A stretch of DNA of 64,000 bases from Dehalococcoidia bacterium (GTDB taxonomy: Bacteria > Chloroflexota > Dehalococcoidia > Bin125): NCBI GenBank assembly GCA_963663895.2, contig CAXXRD010000003.1, positions 96,001 to 160,000 of the forward strand, in the 5' to 3' direction. Shown here piece by piece: positions 48,253-58,765 of the stretch. The stretch's first letter is position 1. Every line of letters starts with the position of its first letter. Below the pieces are notes generated by a model. The model was given only the letters and a program-made list of their open reading frames with translations. It did not search any database and was not told where the DNA came from. The position numbers and the translations under genes were made by a program.

Positions 48253-48832
48253 ATGGAAGCGTTTCTGTTTGGATCGAAGTTGCGGAAGCGGCTGATGTTG
48301 CCGGCTTGCGGAATGCTGGCCGCGGCGGTGGCACTGGCTGCAGCCTGCGGCGGCGAGGTGAGCGAATCGGAGTTCGAGACGCTCCAGCAGGAGGTGACGG
48401 AGCTGCGCGGCCTGCTGGAGCATGCCGGCGAGAGGGCGGACCGAGCGCTGCTGGTGGCGTCGCTGCCGGCGCTCCAAGTGGCGCAGTTTCACTCCATGGA
48501 CGAAGTGATCAACAACGAGCGCCTGATCCACGCCACCCATCCCGGGATCGTGATCCGCGCCATCAATACCCTGCAGGCGCCGATCTGGCCGACCGATCTG
48601 GATGCGCACGTACGCGGGGTTTCTCGCCGCGCTGCAGACCCTGGAAGGACCGATCCTGGACGATGACGCGCAAGCCGCCGGGCGCCCAGCGCGGGTCGTG
48701 CACGCCCATGCCCACGCCTTCGAGGAATCGGTGAACGCCTTCCTGGCGGGAGAAGCGGTCCCGCCGCCGCCCGCGATCAGCGATTCCACGGAGCCCAGGC
48801 ACGATCATCAAGCCTCCCAAGGCCACGAGTAG
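48253..48832 (+). CDS. His-rich lipoprotein; frameshift near 48615
   Basis: Lipobox LAAAC, coiled coil, FHSMDE, then VHAHAHAF and HDHQ in the shifted frame. Confidence 0.6.
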
Positions 48833-48959
48833 GTCAGCGAGGAGCACGATAGGGAGGGCGAAGGGATGGCGGACGCAGAGGGCGCGGAACCCGGCCATCC
48901 CGACTCCGGGGACGGGAAAGACGAAGACGGCTAGGAAGGCGCGCACGACGGCTACGAAG

Positions 48960-49681
48960 ATGAGGACAAGCACGAAGAGACGGCCAGATCCGGCTGGGGC
49001 CGGATCGAGGGCGACGCCAGCCCCGGTCTGGCTCCTTCTCGGCATCGCCGCGATGGCAGTCGTGATCGGCGGCCTCCTGTGGCCCAGCCGGGCCGAGGGC
49101 GCACGCTCGCTACGTCCGCTCCGAGCCCGCGTTCGCCGCCGAGCTCGTGAAGGCGCCGGATCGCATCGACCTCTGGTTCAGCCAGCAGCTGTTCCGCCGC
49201 CAGGGCGCAAACACGATCCGCCTGCTGGACTCCACCGGGACGGAAAGACCCCTTGAGCGAAGCGCTGATCGACAGCGCCGACCGCCAGCACCTCTTCGCC
49301 AGAATCGTGGAACCGCTCCCGCCGGGTCGCTACATCGTCGAGTGGACCAACCTCTCCGCCGAGGACGGCGACACGGATTCTGGCCACTATCCTTTTTATG
49401 TCGCATATCTTCCCACGGCTGTCGACACAGCGAACGACCGTGCCCTCGCCGAAGATCTCTTGATTCCGTACCCCGGTAACGAGTCCGATCAAGGGCAAAT
49501 CGAAGCAGTTGAAGGGACGGAAGCGGATGCCCTCGGTCCCGTCACCCTGCCGCTGGCTGTGGAGCCGGACGAGGGCGGGATCGGTGCGGGGCCGATCGTG
49601 CTGGCGATCGTGAGCGCGTTGGCGGTGGCAGGGCTCGTTGGGAGCCGCTTGGTCAAGGCGAGGAGGGATCGGAGGCCGTGA
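48960..49681 (+). CDS. CopC-domain protein with C-terminal TM; frameshifts near 49098 and 49252
   Basis: Signal + AHARYVRSEP, IDLWFSQ, LPPGRYIVEWTNLSAEDGD.DSG.YPFYV spread over three frames. Confidence 0.75.
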
Positions 49682-50728
49682 AGACCCTCCTCGCAGCGGC
49701 GGCGCTGCTCGTAGCGGGAGTGACAACAGTCGCTTGCGGAAGCGAGGCACCTCCAATCGGGCAGAGCGCTCCATCTCCCCCGCCGACGCCGGCCGCCGAC
49801 GCAGGCAAGGCGCTCGGCGTACCCGGGCTCAGCGTCTACTCGGTCGGAGGGGACCTTCAGCTGGAACGGAACGGCGATCTGCGGAAACTGGTAGTCGCGC
49901 CCAGCTTGAACGTCTCATACCTATCGCCGCGGATCTCGCCCGACGGCCAAGCGGTGGCCTATGTGCGCTTGGCGATTTTCAGTGGAAGCGAGGCGGCCAC
50001 GGTGCTCAGCGACATTCGGGTAGCCGACCTCGAAGGCGGAGGGCGCGTCGTCGTCACGCCGAGAGGCGAGGGGGCGTTCGTGTGGGCGCCGCAGTGGTCA
50101 GCCGATCAGGGATCACTCGTTTACGCACACCAACTGAACCAACCGGACGCCGCAGGTCGCGCTTTCCAGGTCAACGTCGAGCGGGTCGACCTAACAACGG
50201 GCGAGAGCGAGATCTTGGTGACGAACGCGCGAGACCCAGCGCTCTCGCCCGACGGGCGGCTGCTGGTATTCGTCGACGACCCCGCGCTCGCACACAAGCT
50301 CTCGGTACTGAACCTAGAGACGGGCGAGCGGACGCCGCTCCTTGCGCTCAGCGACGGTCTGGCCGTGTTCCGCCTGCCCCAGTTCTCGCCCGACGGGGAA
50401 TGGATCGCGGTAGCGGCCTCAGGAGAGGGCCGGTTGGTGTCCAGCCGGCCGGTGCCCGCCGTGCTCAACCGCAGCAACGGCGTTCAGGACGTCTGGCTGA
50501 TCCGCCCCGGACGGCAGTGGACTGCACCGACTCACGGCCGTGCAGGAGGATCAGCCCGACTTCGCTTGGTCCCAAGACGGGCGGCACATTCTCCTGCGCG
50601 GAACATTCGGCATATATCTCGCCGAGGTGAGCACGCGCAGGACGCGTACGATCCTCGTGCCGGGCGAACTCCACGGGACGCACGACTGGCACGGATCGCT
50701 TCCGGTAGATCCGGCCGAGGCGCCGTGA
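49678..50728 (+). CDS. TolB-like (PD40 repeat) beta-propeller lipoprotein; frameshift near 50509
   Basis: Lipobox TVAC; SPDG repeats; true C-terminus (FAWSQDG...HDWHG) lies in ORF 50540..50728. Confidence 0.8.
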
Positions 50729-53115
50729 CCACTCGTGCGCCCCGCGCGCTCTTCGCACTGGTCGCGCTCGGCGGCCTCATCGCCTGGCTCTGGCTCTCCA
50801 CCGAGCCGGTCGCCGGGCACGCGTTGCTGGAGCGCTCGGATCCGCCGATCAACGCCACCCTGCGGGAGTCTCCGCGGCTCGTGAACCTGATCATGACGGA
50901 GCCCCTCCAGCAAGACTTCTCGGGGATGGAGGTGCTCGACAGCCTAGGGCGGCGCGTGGATCGCGGCGGCGTGCTCTTCAACCCCGAGGATGCCACGCAG
51001 ATGAGCACCCGGGTCGAGCCGCTCGATCCGGGGATCTACACCGTCGCTTGGCGAACGCTGTCCGAGGTAGACGGGCACACATGGACGGGGTCGTTCTCGT
51101 TCACGGTGCTGAATCCGGACGGGAGCACGCCAGCCGGGACGGTCTTCGCGCCCGACCTCTCACGGCCCGGACCGCCCGCGGGCGCGGACGCGGCCGTGCG
51201 ATGGTTCAGCTTCACGGCGCTCATCGGGCTGGTGGGCGGCGCGCTGTTCGCCTTGTGGGCGGCAGGCCCGGCCGCGCGCCTGGTTGGAGGAGCCGGGCCG
51301 CGCTTCGCGGAAGCGGCGCTGGGCTACGCCTGGGAGGGGGCGACCTTCGCGGTCGTGCTGCTGATCTGCACGACGGGTTACGACGCGGCCGCCGCCGCGC
51401 TGCGGCTCGGCGGGCTGGCATTCCTGGACGAGACGCTGTTCGACACCCGCAACGGGCTGTGGCTGCTGATCCGCTGGCTGCTCCTCCTGATGACGGCGGC
51501 GCTGCTACTGACGGTGCAATGGCGGCCACGGCTGCGGGCGTCACGAGAGGCGCTGCTCACGCTCCTGATCTTGGGCGCAGGGCTGATCGGAAGCTTCGCG
51601 AGCGTGAGCCACGGCGCGGCGCTGGACCAAGGCTGGATCTGGGCCACGTTGTTCGACGCGCTGCACCTGGCAGCGGCCGCCGTGTGGATCGGAATGCTCG
51701 CGGCGCTGGTATGGACGCTGTGGGCCACACGCCGAGCCGCGGAGCAACGGCAGCGGCGCACGTTCCAAATCGAAGCCGTGCGCCGCTTCTCCTGGGCAGC
51801 GGCGGGCTGCGTTCCGATCTTGATCACGGCGGGCCTCCTCAGCCTGCTGGCCGCAGTACCGGCCCTGCACGGCTTCATCGACACCTCCTGGGGCGTAGCG
51901 ATGCTGGTAAAGCTGGGGGTGCTGGCTCTCTTGTTCATGGTGGCGGCGACAAACGCGCTGGCGTTGCGCCCACGCTCACAGCGGGCGGGGACCGCAGGGA
52001 ACGAGACTTCGCGGCTAGAACGTCGCTTCCGAACGCTGATGCGGATAGAGCTGGGACTGGCGCTGGTCGTGCTCGCAGCAAGCGCCGCCCTGACGCAGCT
52101 ACCGTCGGCTCGGAGCGAGCTGCCGGCGGTCGCTGCGGTCCAGAAGGAGCGCGCGATCAGCGAGACGGTCGCGCTCAGCGACCTGACGGCGCGGCTGACG
52201 ATCGAGCCGAATCTTGTGGGCCTGAACCGCTACGCGGTGGAACTCGAAGGGGTAGGCGACGGACCGATCGATCCGGTGACGGAAGTCCGGCTCCACTTCC
52301 GCTACGAGGACCCGAGCGTGGGCCCCGTGATCATACCCGCGGAGCCGGAGGGCGGCCGCTACGTGATCGAGGGGGTGTTCTTCGGGCTGGCCGGCGCTTG
52401 GGATGTCGACATCGAGGTCCGGCGCGAACGCTCGGACGACGTCATCGGCGGGATCACGACCAACGTCGAGCAAGGATTCATCGAAGTGCTGCCCTTCGGG
52501 CAGGCGCAGCCAGGCGCCCTGAGCCTGCCGATCACGCAGTTCGACTGGAACGGGATCGGGGCCCTGTGGGCGGCGCTGGGAGCCGGTCTCCTGATCGCCT
52601 ACCGGGCGCCGCTGCGCAAGCGCGTATCGCCGCGCGCGGGCGATCTGTCGCTGGCGGCGGGGGCCCTGTGCATGGCGACGGCGGTGGTCCTCCTCTGGGG
52701 CTTGGAAGTGGAGCCGGGGCGGACGCAGGAGAACCCGGTGGAGCGGACCGCGGCATCGATCGCCAACGGCGCGGCGCTGTTCGCGACGAACTGCGCCCAG
52801 TGCCACGGCGAGGACGGGTTGGGGGACGGGCCGCTGGCAAGGACCTTGCCCGCGCCGCCGGCCAACTTCCGCGTGCACGTGCCCTTCCATCCCGACGGCG
52901 TGCTGTTCACCTGGATCAGCGACGGGATCCGCGGCACGGGGATGCCGGCCTGGAGCGACGCGTTGAGCGAGCAGGAGCGCTGGGACCTGGTGAACTTCCT
53001 ACGGGCGAACTTCGACCGGCCGCTGGACCCCCGGCTAGCGACGCGCCTCTCAAGCTACAGATGCTTGGTAGCGACGAGAAGATCCCGAGTACGGCCCTCG
53101 GCATCGATCACGTAG
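50725..53115 (+). CDS. CopC-CopD fusion with YtkA-like Ig domain and C-terminal cytochrome c
   Basis: GHALLERSDP, WRTLSEVDGH, SHG, LHLAAAAVWIG, RRFS, LVKL, GLNRY..GAWDVDI, CAQCH and GMPAW; real stop may be TAG 53036-53038. Confidence 0.88.
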   Translation: MTTRAPRALFALVALGGLIAWLWLSTEPVAGHALLERSDPPINATLRESPRLVNLIMTEPLQQDFSGMEVLDSLGRRVDRGGVLFNPEDATQMSTRVEPLDPGIYTVAWRTLSEVDGHTWTGSFSFTVLNPDGSTPAGTVFAPDLSRPGPPAGADAAVRWFSFTALIGLVGGALFALWAAGPAARLVGGAGPRFAEAALGYAWEGATFAVVLLICTTGYDAAAAALRLGGLAFLDETLFDTRNGLWLLIRWLLLLMTAALLLTVQWRPRLRASREALLTLLILGAGLIGSFASVSHGAALDQGWIWATLFDALHLAAAAVWIGMLAALVWTLWATRRAAEQRQRRTFQIEAVRRFSWAAAGCVPILITAGLLSLLAAVPALHGFIDTSWGVAMLVKLGVLALLFMVAATNALALRPRSQRAGTAGNETSRLERRFRTLMRIELGLALVVLAASAALTQLPSARSELPAVAAVQKERAISETVALSDLTARLTIEPNLVGLNRYAVELEGVGDGPIDPVTEVRLHFRYEDPSVGPVIIPAEPEGGRYVIEGVFFGLAGAWDVDIEVRRERSDDVIGGITTNVEQGFIEVLPFGQAQPGALSLPITQFDWNGIGALWAALGAGLLIAYRAPLRKRVSPRAGDLSLAAGALCMATAVVLLWGLEVEPGRTQENPVERTAASIANGAALFATNCAQCHGEDGLGDGPLARTLPAPPANFRVHVPFHPDGVLFTWISDGIRGTGMPAWSDALSEQERWDLVNFLRANFDRPLDPRLATRLSSYRCLVATRRSRVRPSASIT

Positions 53116-53630
53116 TCGAACAGAACGGCCTCGCGCTGGAAGCCCAACCGCCGGAAGACCGCCTGTGCAGCAGCTTGGTCGAGAGTCATCCGCGCCGTGA
53201 GCATGCGCAAGCCGAGTGTCTGGGCGATCGCTTCGATCTCGCCGGCCAGCAGGCGGCCTAGCCCCTGACCCTGCCCCTCCGGCGTGATCAGCAGGCGGAT
53301 CTCGCCAAGGTGGCGGGTCCAAGTCGTGGCGTTGTGCAGCAACGTACCTTCGCCGACGAGTCGGTCGTCGACGAAGGCGAGCACAGTAGTCGTGCGCCCT
53401 GCCTCGATAGCGGCGATCCAGGCATCGACCGCTGCCGGCTCGGTGATGGTGGCGGGGAGAAAGAGGAGGTCATTCGGCGGGATGGCGCGGGCGAACGTGA
53501 GGACGGCCTCGCGATCGTCCGCGTCCATGAGCCGCAGCTCTACGGAACGGCCGTCGGCAAGCGCGCCGCGTTTCGGGTAACGCGACAGGATCGCCTCGGC
53601 GCCCAGGGAGAGGATTGACGGAGTGGTCAT
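53055..53630 (-). CDS. GNAT N-acetyltransferase
   Basis: WTRHLGEIRL, GQGQGLGRLL, FRRLGF. Confidence 0.88.
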   Translation of the reverse strand: MTTPSILSLGAEAILSRYPKRGALADGRSVELRLMDADDREAVLTFARAIPPNDLLFLPATITEPAAVDAWIAAIEAGRTTTVLAFVDDRLVGEGTLLHNATTWTRHLGEIRLLITPEGQGQGLGRLLAGEIEAIAQTLGLRMLTARMTLDQAAAQAVFRRLGFQREAVLFDYVIDAEGRTRDLLVATKHL

Positions 53631-53718
53631 CGCCTGTCTCCTTGCACGGGACTGAACGTTGAGCGGTTCACCAAGACTCCGGTTCTCCAGCGTGACGCCA
53701 GCAACGGCCGGGGCCGGT

Positions 53719-55073
53719 CTAAGAGGTTTTCGCCGCCTTCGGTAGGGCCACGTCCTGGTCGATGGGATCACCCTTCACGGCGAACTGCTGCTGCTCCGTG
53801 GAGCCAGTAAGAGCTGTGGTGGAGCTCTGGCCCTTGGTCACCGCCTCAAGGATACGGTCGAAATAGCCGGTGCCGACTTCACGCTGATGGCGGGTGGCGC
53901 TGTAGCCGGCGGGCTCCGCCTCGAACTCCCGCTGCTGCAGATCGACATAGGCGCTCATACCGCGAGCGGTGTAGTCGTTCGCGAGTTCGAAGCTGTTGAG
54001 GTTGAGAACGTGCCAACCGGCCAGCGTGATGAACTGGAACTTGTAACCCAGCCCCCCCAGATCGCGCTGGAAGGCGTTGATGGCATCGCTATCGAGGTGG
54101 GCGTTCCAATTGAAGGAAGGGGAGCAGTTGTAGGCGAGCCATTTACCCGGATAGCGTTCGTGGATCGCGGTAGCGAAGTGCCGGGCCTGTTCGAGGTCGG
54201 GCGTAGAGGATTCGAACCAGAGGAGATCCGCGTAGGGAGCGTAGGCCAGCGAGCGGGCGATCGCGGACTCAATGCCCCCTTCGACCACGAAGTAGCCCTC
54301 GGGGGTACGGCTGCCGCCGATGAACGGGTGGTCGCGGGGATCGATGTCGGAGGTGAGAAGCGTCGCGCTGACGGCGTCAGTACGCGCCACGACCACCGTG
54401 GGAACGTCAAGCACGTCCGCGGCGAGGCGGGAGGCGATGAGCGTGCGGATGTGCTGGGCGGTGGGCACGAGCACTTTACCGCCGAGATGGCCACATTTCT
54501 TCTCGGCGGCGAGTTGGTCCTCGAAGTGCACGGCGGCGGCGGCCGCCTCGATCATCGCCTCCGTGAGTTCGAAGGCATGGAGGGGGCCACCGAAGCCCGC
54601 CTCTGCATCGGCGACGATCGGGGCGAACCAATCGCGCGAGTGGCGCCCCTCCGCCCGCTCGACCTGATCGGCGCGCTACAGGGCATTGTTAATACGCCGC
54701 ACTAAGGCGGGCGCACTGTTGACGGGATAAAGGCTCTGATCGGGGTAGGTCTGGCCAGCCAGGTTGGCGTCGGCGGCGACTTGCCAACCGCTGAGGTAGA
54801 TGGCGTCGAGGCCAGCGCGCACCATCTGCACTGCCTGGGCGCCGCTGAGCGCCCCGAAGGTGTGTAGATAGAGCCGCTCCTGGAAGAGCGCGCGCAGGCG
54901 CTCGGCGCCGTGGCGCGCGAGGGAGTGCTCAATAGGGATGGAAGGGCGCAGGCGCAGGACGTCGGCGGTCGTGTAGTCACGCCGCACCGCGAGCTCCTGC
55001 GCTTCCTCTGTCCAGCGGCGTTCGAGCGCGGCGATAGCATCCGTGCGATCGGTTTCGATTGTGGTAATGGAGG

Positions 55074-55077
<4 letters not shown>
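53719..55077 (-). CDS. aceA: Isocitrate lyase with in-frame TAG at 54678-54676
   Basis: [64 protein letters not shown], all in one frame. Confidence 0.92.
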
Positions 55078-56708
<1,631 letters not shown>

Positions 56709-56887
56709 GATCGAACTCGATTCACGGTTTAGGGCGTTGCTTGGGACATCTTGGCAATGCAGAAAGCCTAGCAACGCAGCGGTCGCGGTCTATACAAGCA
56801 GACACAAGTGGCAGGTAATGCCAGCGCAGCGTCTCTCCCAGCGGCCGCATCGGCGACCCGACGCAGGCAAAGCCGGGCGCAGACGCC

Positions 56888-58765
56888 CTAGCGCCGTAAG
56901 AATCGACGCAGGATCTCTTCGCGCGGAAGGCGCAGCAGCGTGGGGCGTCCGTGCGGACAGGTCTGCGAGCGCGCACAGTCCTCGAGTGCGCGCAGCAGCG
57001 CCCGTTGCTCCTCCGGTGCCAGCGGATCGCCGGCGCGCACGGCGCTGTGACAGGCGCTGGCCGCGGCGGCGGGGTCGAAGCGCTGTGGCTCCTCGGCGCT
57101 GAGCGAAGCGGGTGAGGCCTGCGCCAGCTCATCCAGCAACGCGGTGAGGCATCCGGCAGGGTCACGCGAGCGCGCGCGCTCGGAGTTCTCCCCGCCGAGC
57201 GCGCGCGCCAGCGCCGCCGGGAGGGCACGCAGGCGCAGCGCCCGCTCTCCAAAAGGCTCGACATCCCAACCCAGCGCCCGCAAGGCGGGAGCGAATTCGG
57301 TCAAGGCGCCGGCCTGGGCAGCGCTCAGCTCGATCGGGTCCAAATCCAGGAGCGCCTGCTGGGAAGCGGAGCGGGGGGCGGCCGCGGCCTCCAGCAACCG
57401 TTCGTAGAGCACGCGCTCGTGCGCCGCATGCTGGTCCACCAGATAGAGCCCGTCGGGTCCCTCCGCCACGAGAAAGGCAGCGTCGATCTGGCCGAGAACG
57501 CGCAACGGTGGCGAGGCGGCACCCGGCAACTCGGGCTGTCCCTCTGTAGCGATTGCCTCCGCGGGATCGGGCGCAGACCGCGGCCCGGGCCGCTCCAGGG
57601 TCGGCAGGCCGGCACGGTCCCAGGTAGAAAGCGGCCGAGCGGCGGATCGGGCCGCACTCGGCACCGCCGATGTCGCGGCGGCGATCGGCGTCAGCCCTGC
57701 GGAAGTCCGGCCTGTCAACAGCGCCTCACGCAGACTGCGCTGGATCAGTCCGAAGGCAACGTCTTCGTCGGACAGCTTGACCTGCGCCTTGGTCGGATGC
57801 ACGTTGACATCGACCCGCGCCGGGTCGACCTCAAGGAACAGGGCGACCAGCGGAAAGCGGCGCGCCGGCAGCAGCTCGCGATAGGCCTCCTGCAGGGCGT
57901 AGCTCAGGCGGCGCGATTGCACCGCGCGCCCGTTGACGAAGAGACGCAGCTCGCCGCGGTGGGCGCGCTGGTACTGCGGCGGTGCCGCCAACCCCTCCAC
58001 CCGCATTCCCGCCCGCGGCTGGGTTCCGGCAAAAGCGAGGGCCGCCTCCGCCGCGGGCGCACCCCAAAGCTCGGCGAGCACGGCCCGACGCTGGCCCTCG
58101 CCGCCGCTGCGCAACGCCCGCCGCCCCTCCATCGTCAGCTGCAGAGCCACGCGGGGAAGCGCCAGCGCCTGGTCGCCGCAGACGCGCGCGATCGCCGCTC
58201 GCTCCGCCCGATCGCCGCGCAGAAACTTCCGGCGGGCGGGCTGACGCGCGAACAGCTGCCGCACCTCCAGGGTCGTTCCGGGGGGCGCAGCTGCGGTTTC
58301 GAGTGCCTGGGCGCTGCCGCCACGCAAGCGGAGCCGGGCGCCAGCGCCCGAGTCGCTCCGTCCCGGACGGGGGTCGCGAGGCCGGCTAATACAGTCGACT
58401 TCCGCCACCGCAACGATGCTGGGCAACGCCTCCCCACGGAAGCCGTAGCTGCGCAGCGCCCAGAGGTCATCGGCCGCGGACAGCTTGGAAGTGGCATGTC
58501 GCTCGAAAGCGAGGGGCAGTTCGTCGGCGCCCATTCCGCGGCCATTGTCGGTCACGCGGATCCGCTCCAAGCCCGCCCCCTCGATCAGCACTTCGATCCG
58601 CGTGGCGCCCGCGTCGGCCGCATTCTCCAACAGCTCCTTGACGACCGACGCCGGGCGCTCAATCACCTCGCCCGCTGCGATCTGCGCGGCCACGGACGCC
58701 GGCAACCGCCGGATGGCGTTCCCGAACTCGGTTTCGGGCAGCGCAGCGGGCGCAGCTCTGCTCAC
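56888..58765 (-). CDS. mutL: DNA mismatch repair endonuclease MutL
   Basis: IAAGEVIERPASVVKELLEN, GFRGEAL, DVNVHPTK, DQHAAHER, CPHGRP. Confidence 0.97.
   Translation of the reverse strand: MSRAAPAALPETEFGNAIRRLPASVAAQIAAGEVIERPASVVKELLENAADAGATRIEVLIEGAGLERIRVTDNGRGMGADELPLAFERHATSKLSAADDLWALRSYGFRGEALPSIVAVAEVDCISRPRDPRPGRSDSGAGARLRLRGGSAQALETAAAPPGTTLEVRQLFARQPARRKFLRGDRAERAAIARVCGDQALALPRVALQLTMEGRRALRSGGEGQRRAVLAELWGAPAAEAALAFAGTQPRAGMRVEGLAAPPQYQRAHRGELRLFVNGRAVQSRRLSYALQEAYRELLPARRFPLVALFLEVDPARVDVNVHPTKAQVKLSDEDVAFGLIQRSLREALLTGRTSAGLTPIAAATSAVPSAARSAARPLSTWDRAGLPTLERPGPRSAPDPAEAIATEGQPELPGAASPPLRVLGQIDAAFLVAEGPDGLYLVDQHAAHERVLYERLLEAAAAPRSASQQALLDLDPIELSAAQAGALTEFAPALRALGWDVEPFGERALRLRALPAALARALGGENSERARSRDPAGCLTALLDELAQASPASLSAEEPQRFDPAAAASACHSAVRAGDPLAPEEQRALLRALEDCARSQTCPHGRPTLLRLPREEILRRFLRR

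Noticed and set aside
49678-53115. 1145-aa TolB-CopC-CopD-cytochrome c giant fusion in the ORF track
   Set aside because: A frameshift near 50509 joins two genes; the propeller's real end is in ORF 50540..50728 and the next gene starts at GTG 50725
51048-53261. Long alternative-frame and antisense ORFs (e.g. 737, 507, 472, 466 aa)
   Set aside because: Arg/Gly/Ala-rich shadows of real genes, with no motifs
56741-56766. RamB/IclR-type operator upstream of aceB
   Set aside because: Only weak resemblance and no clear palindrome
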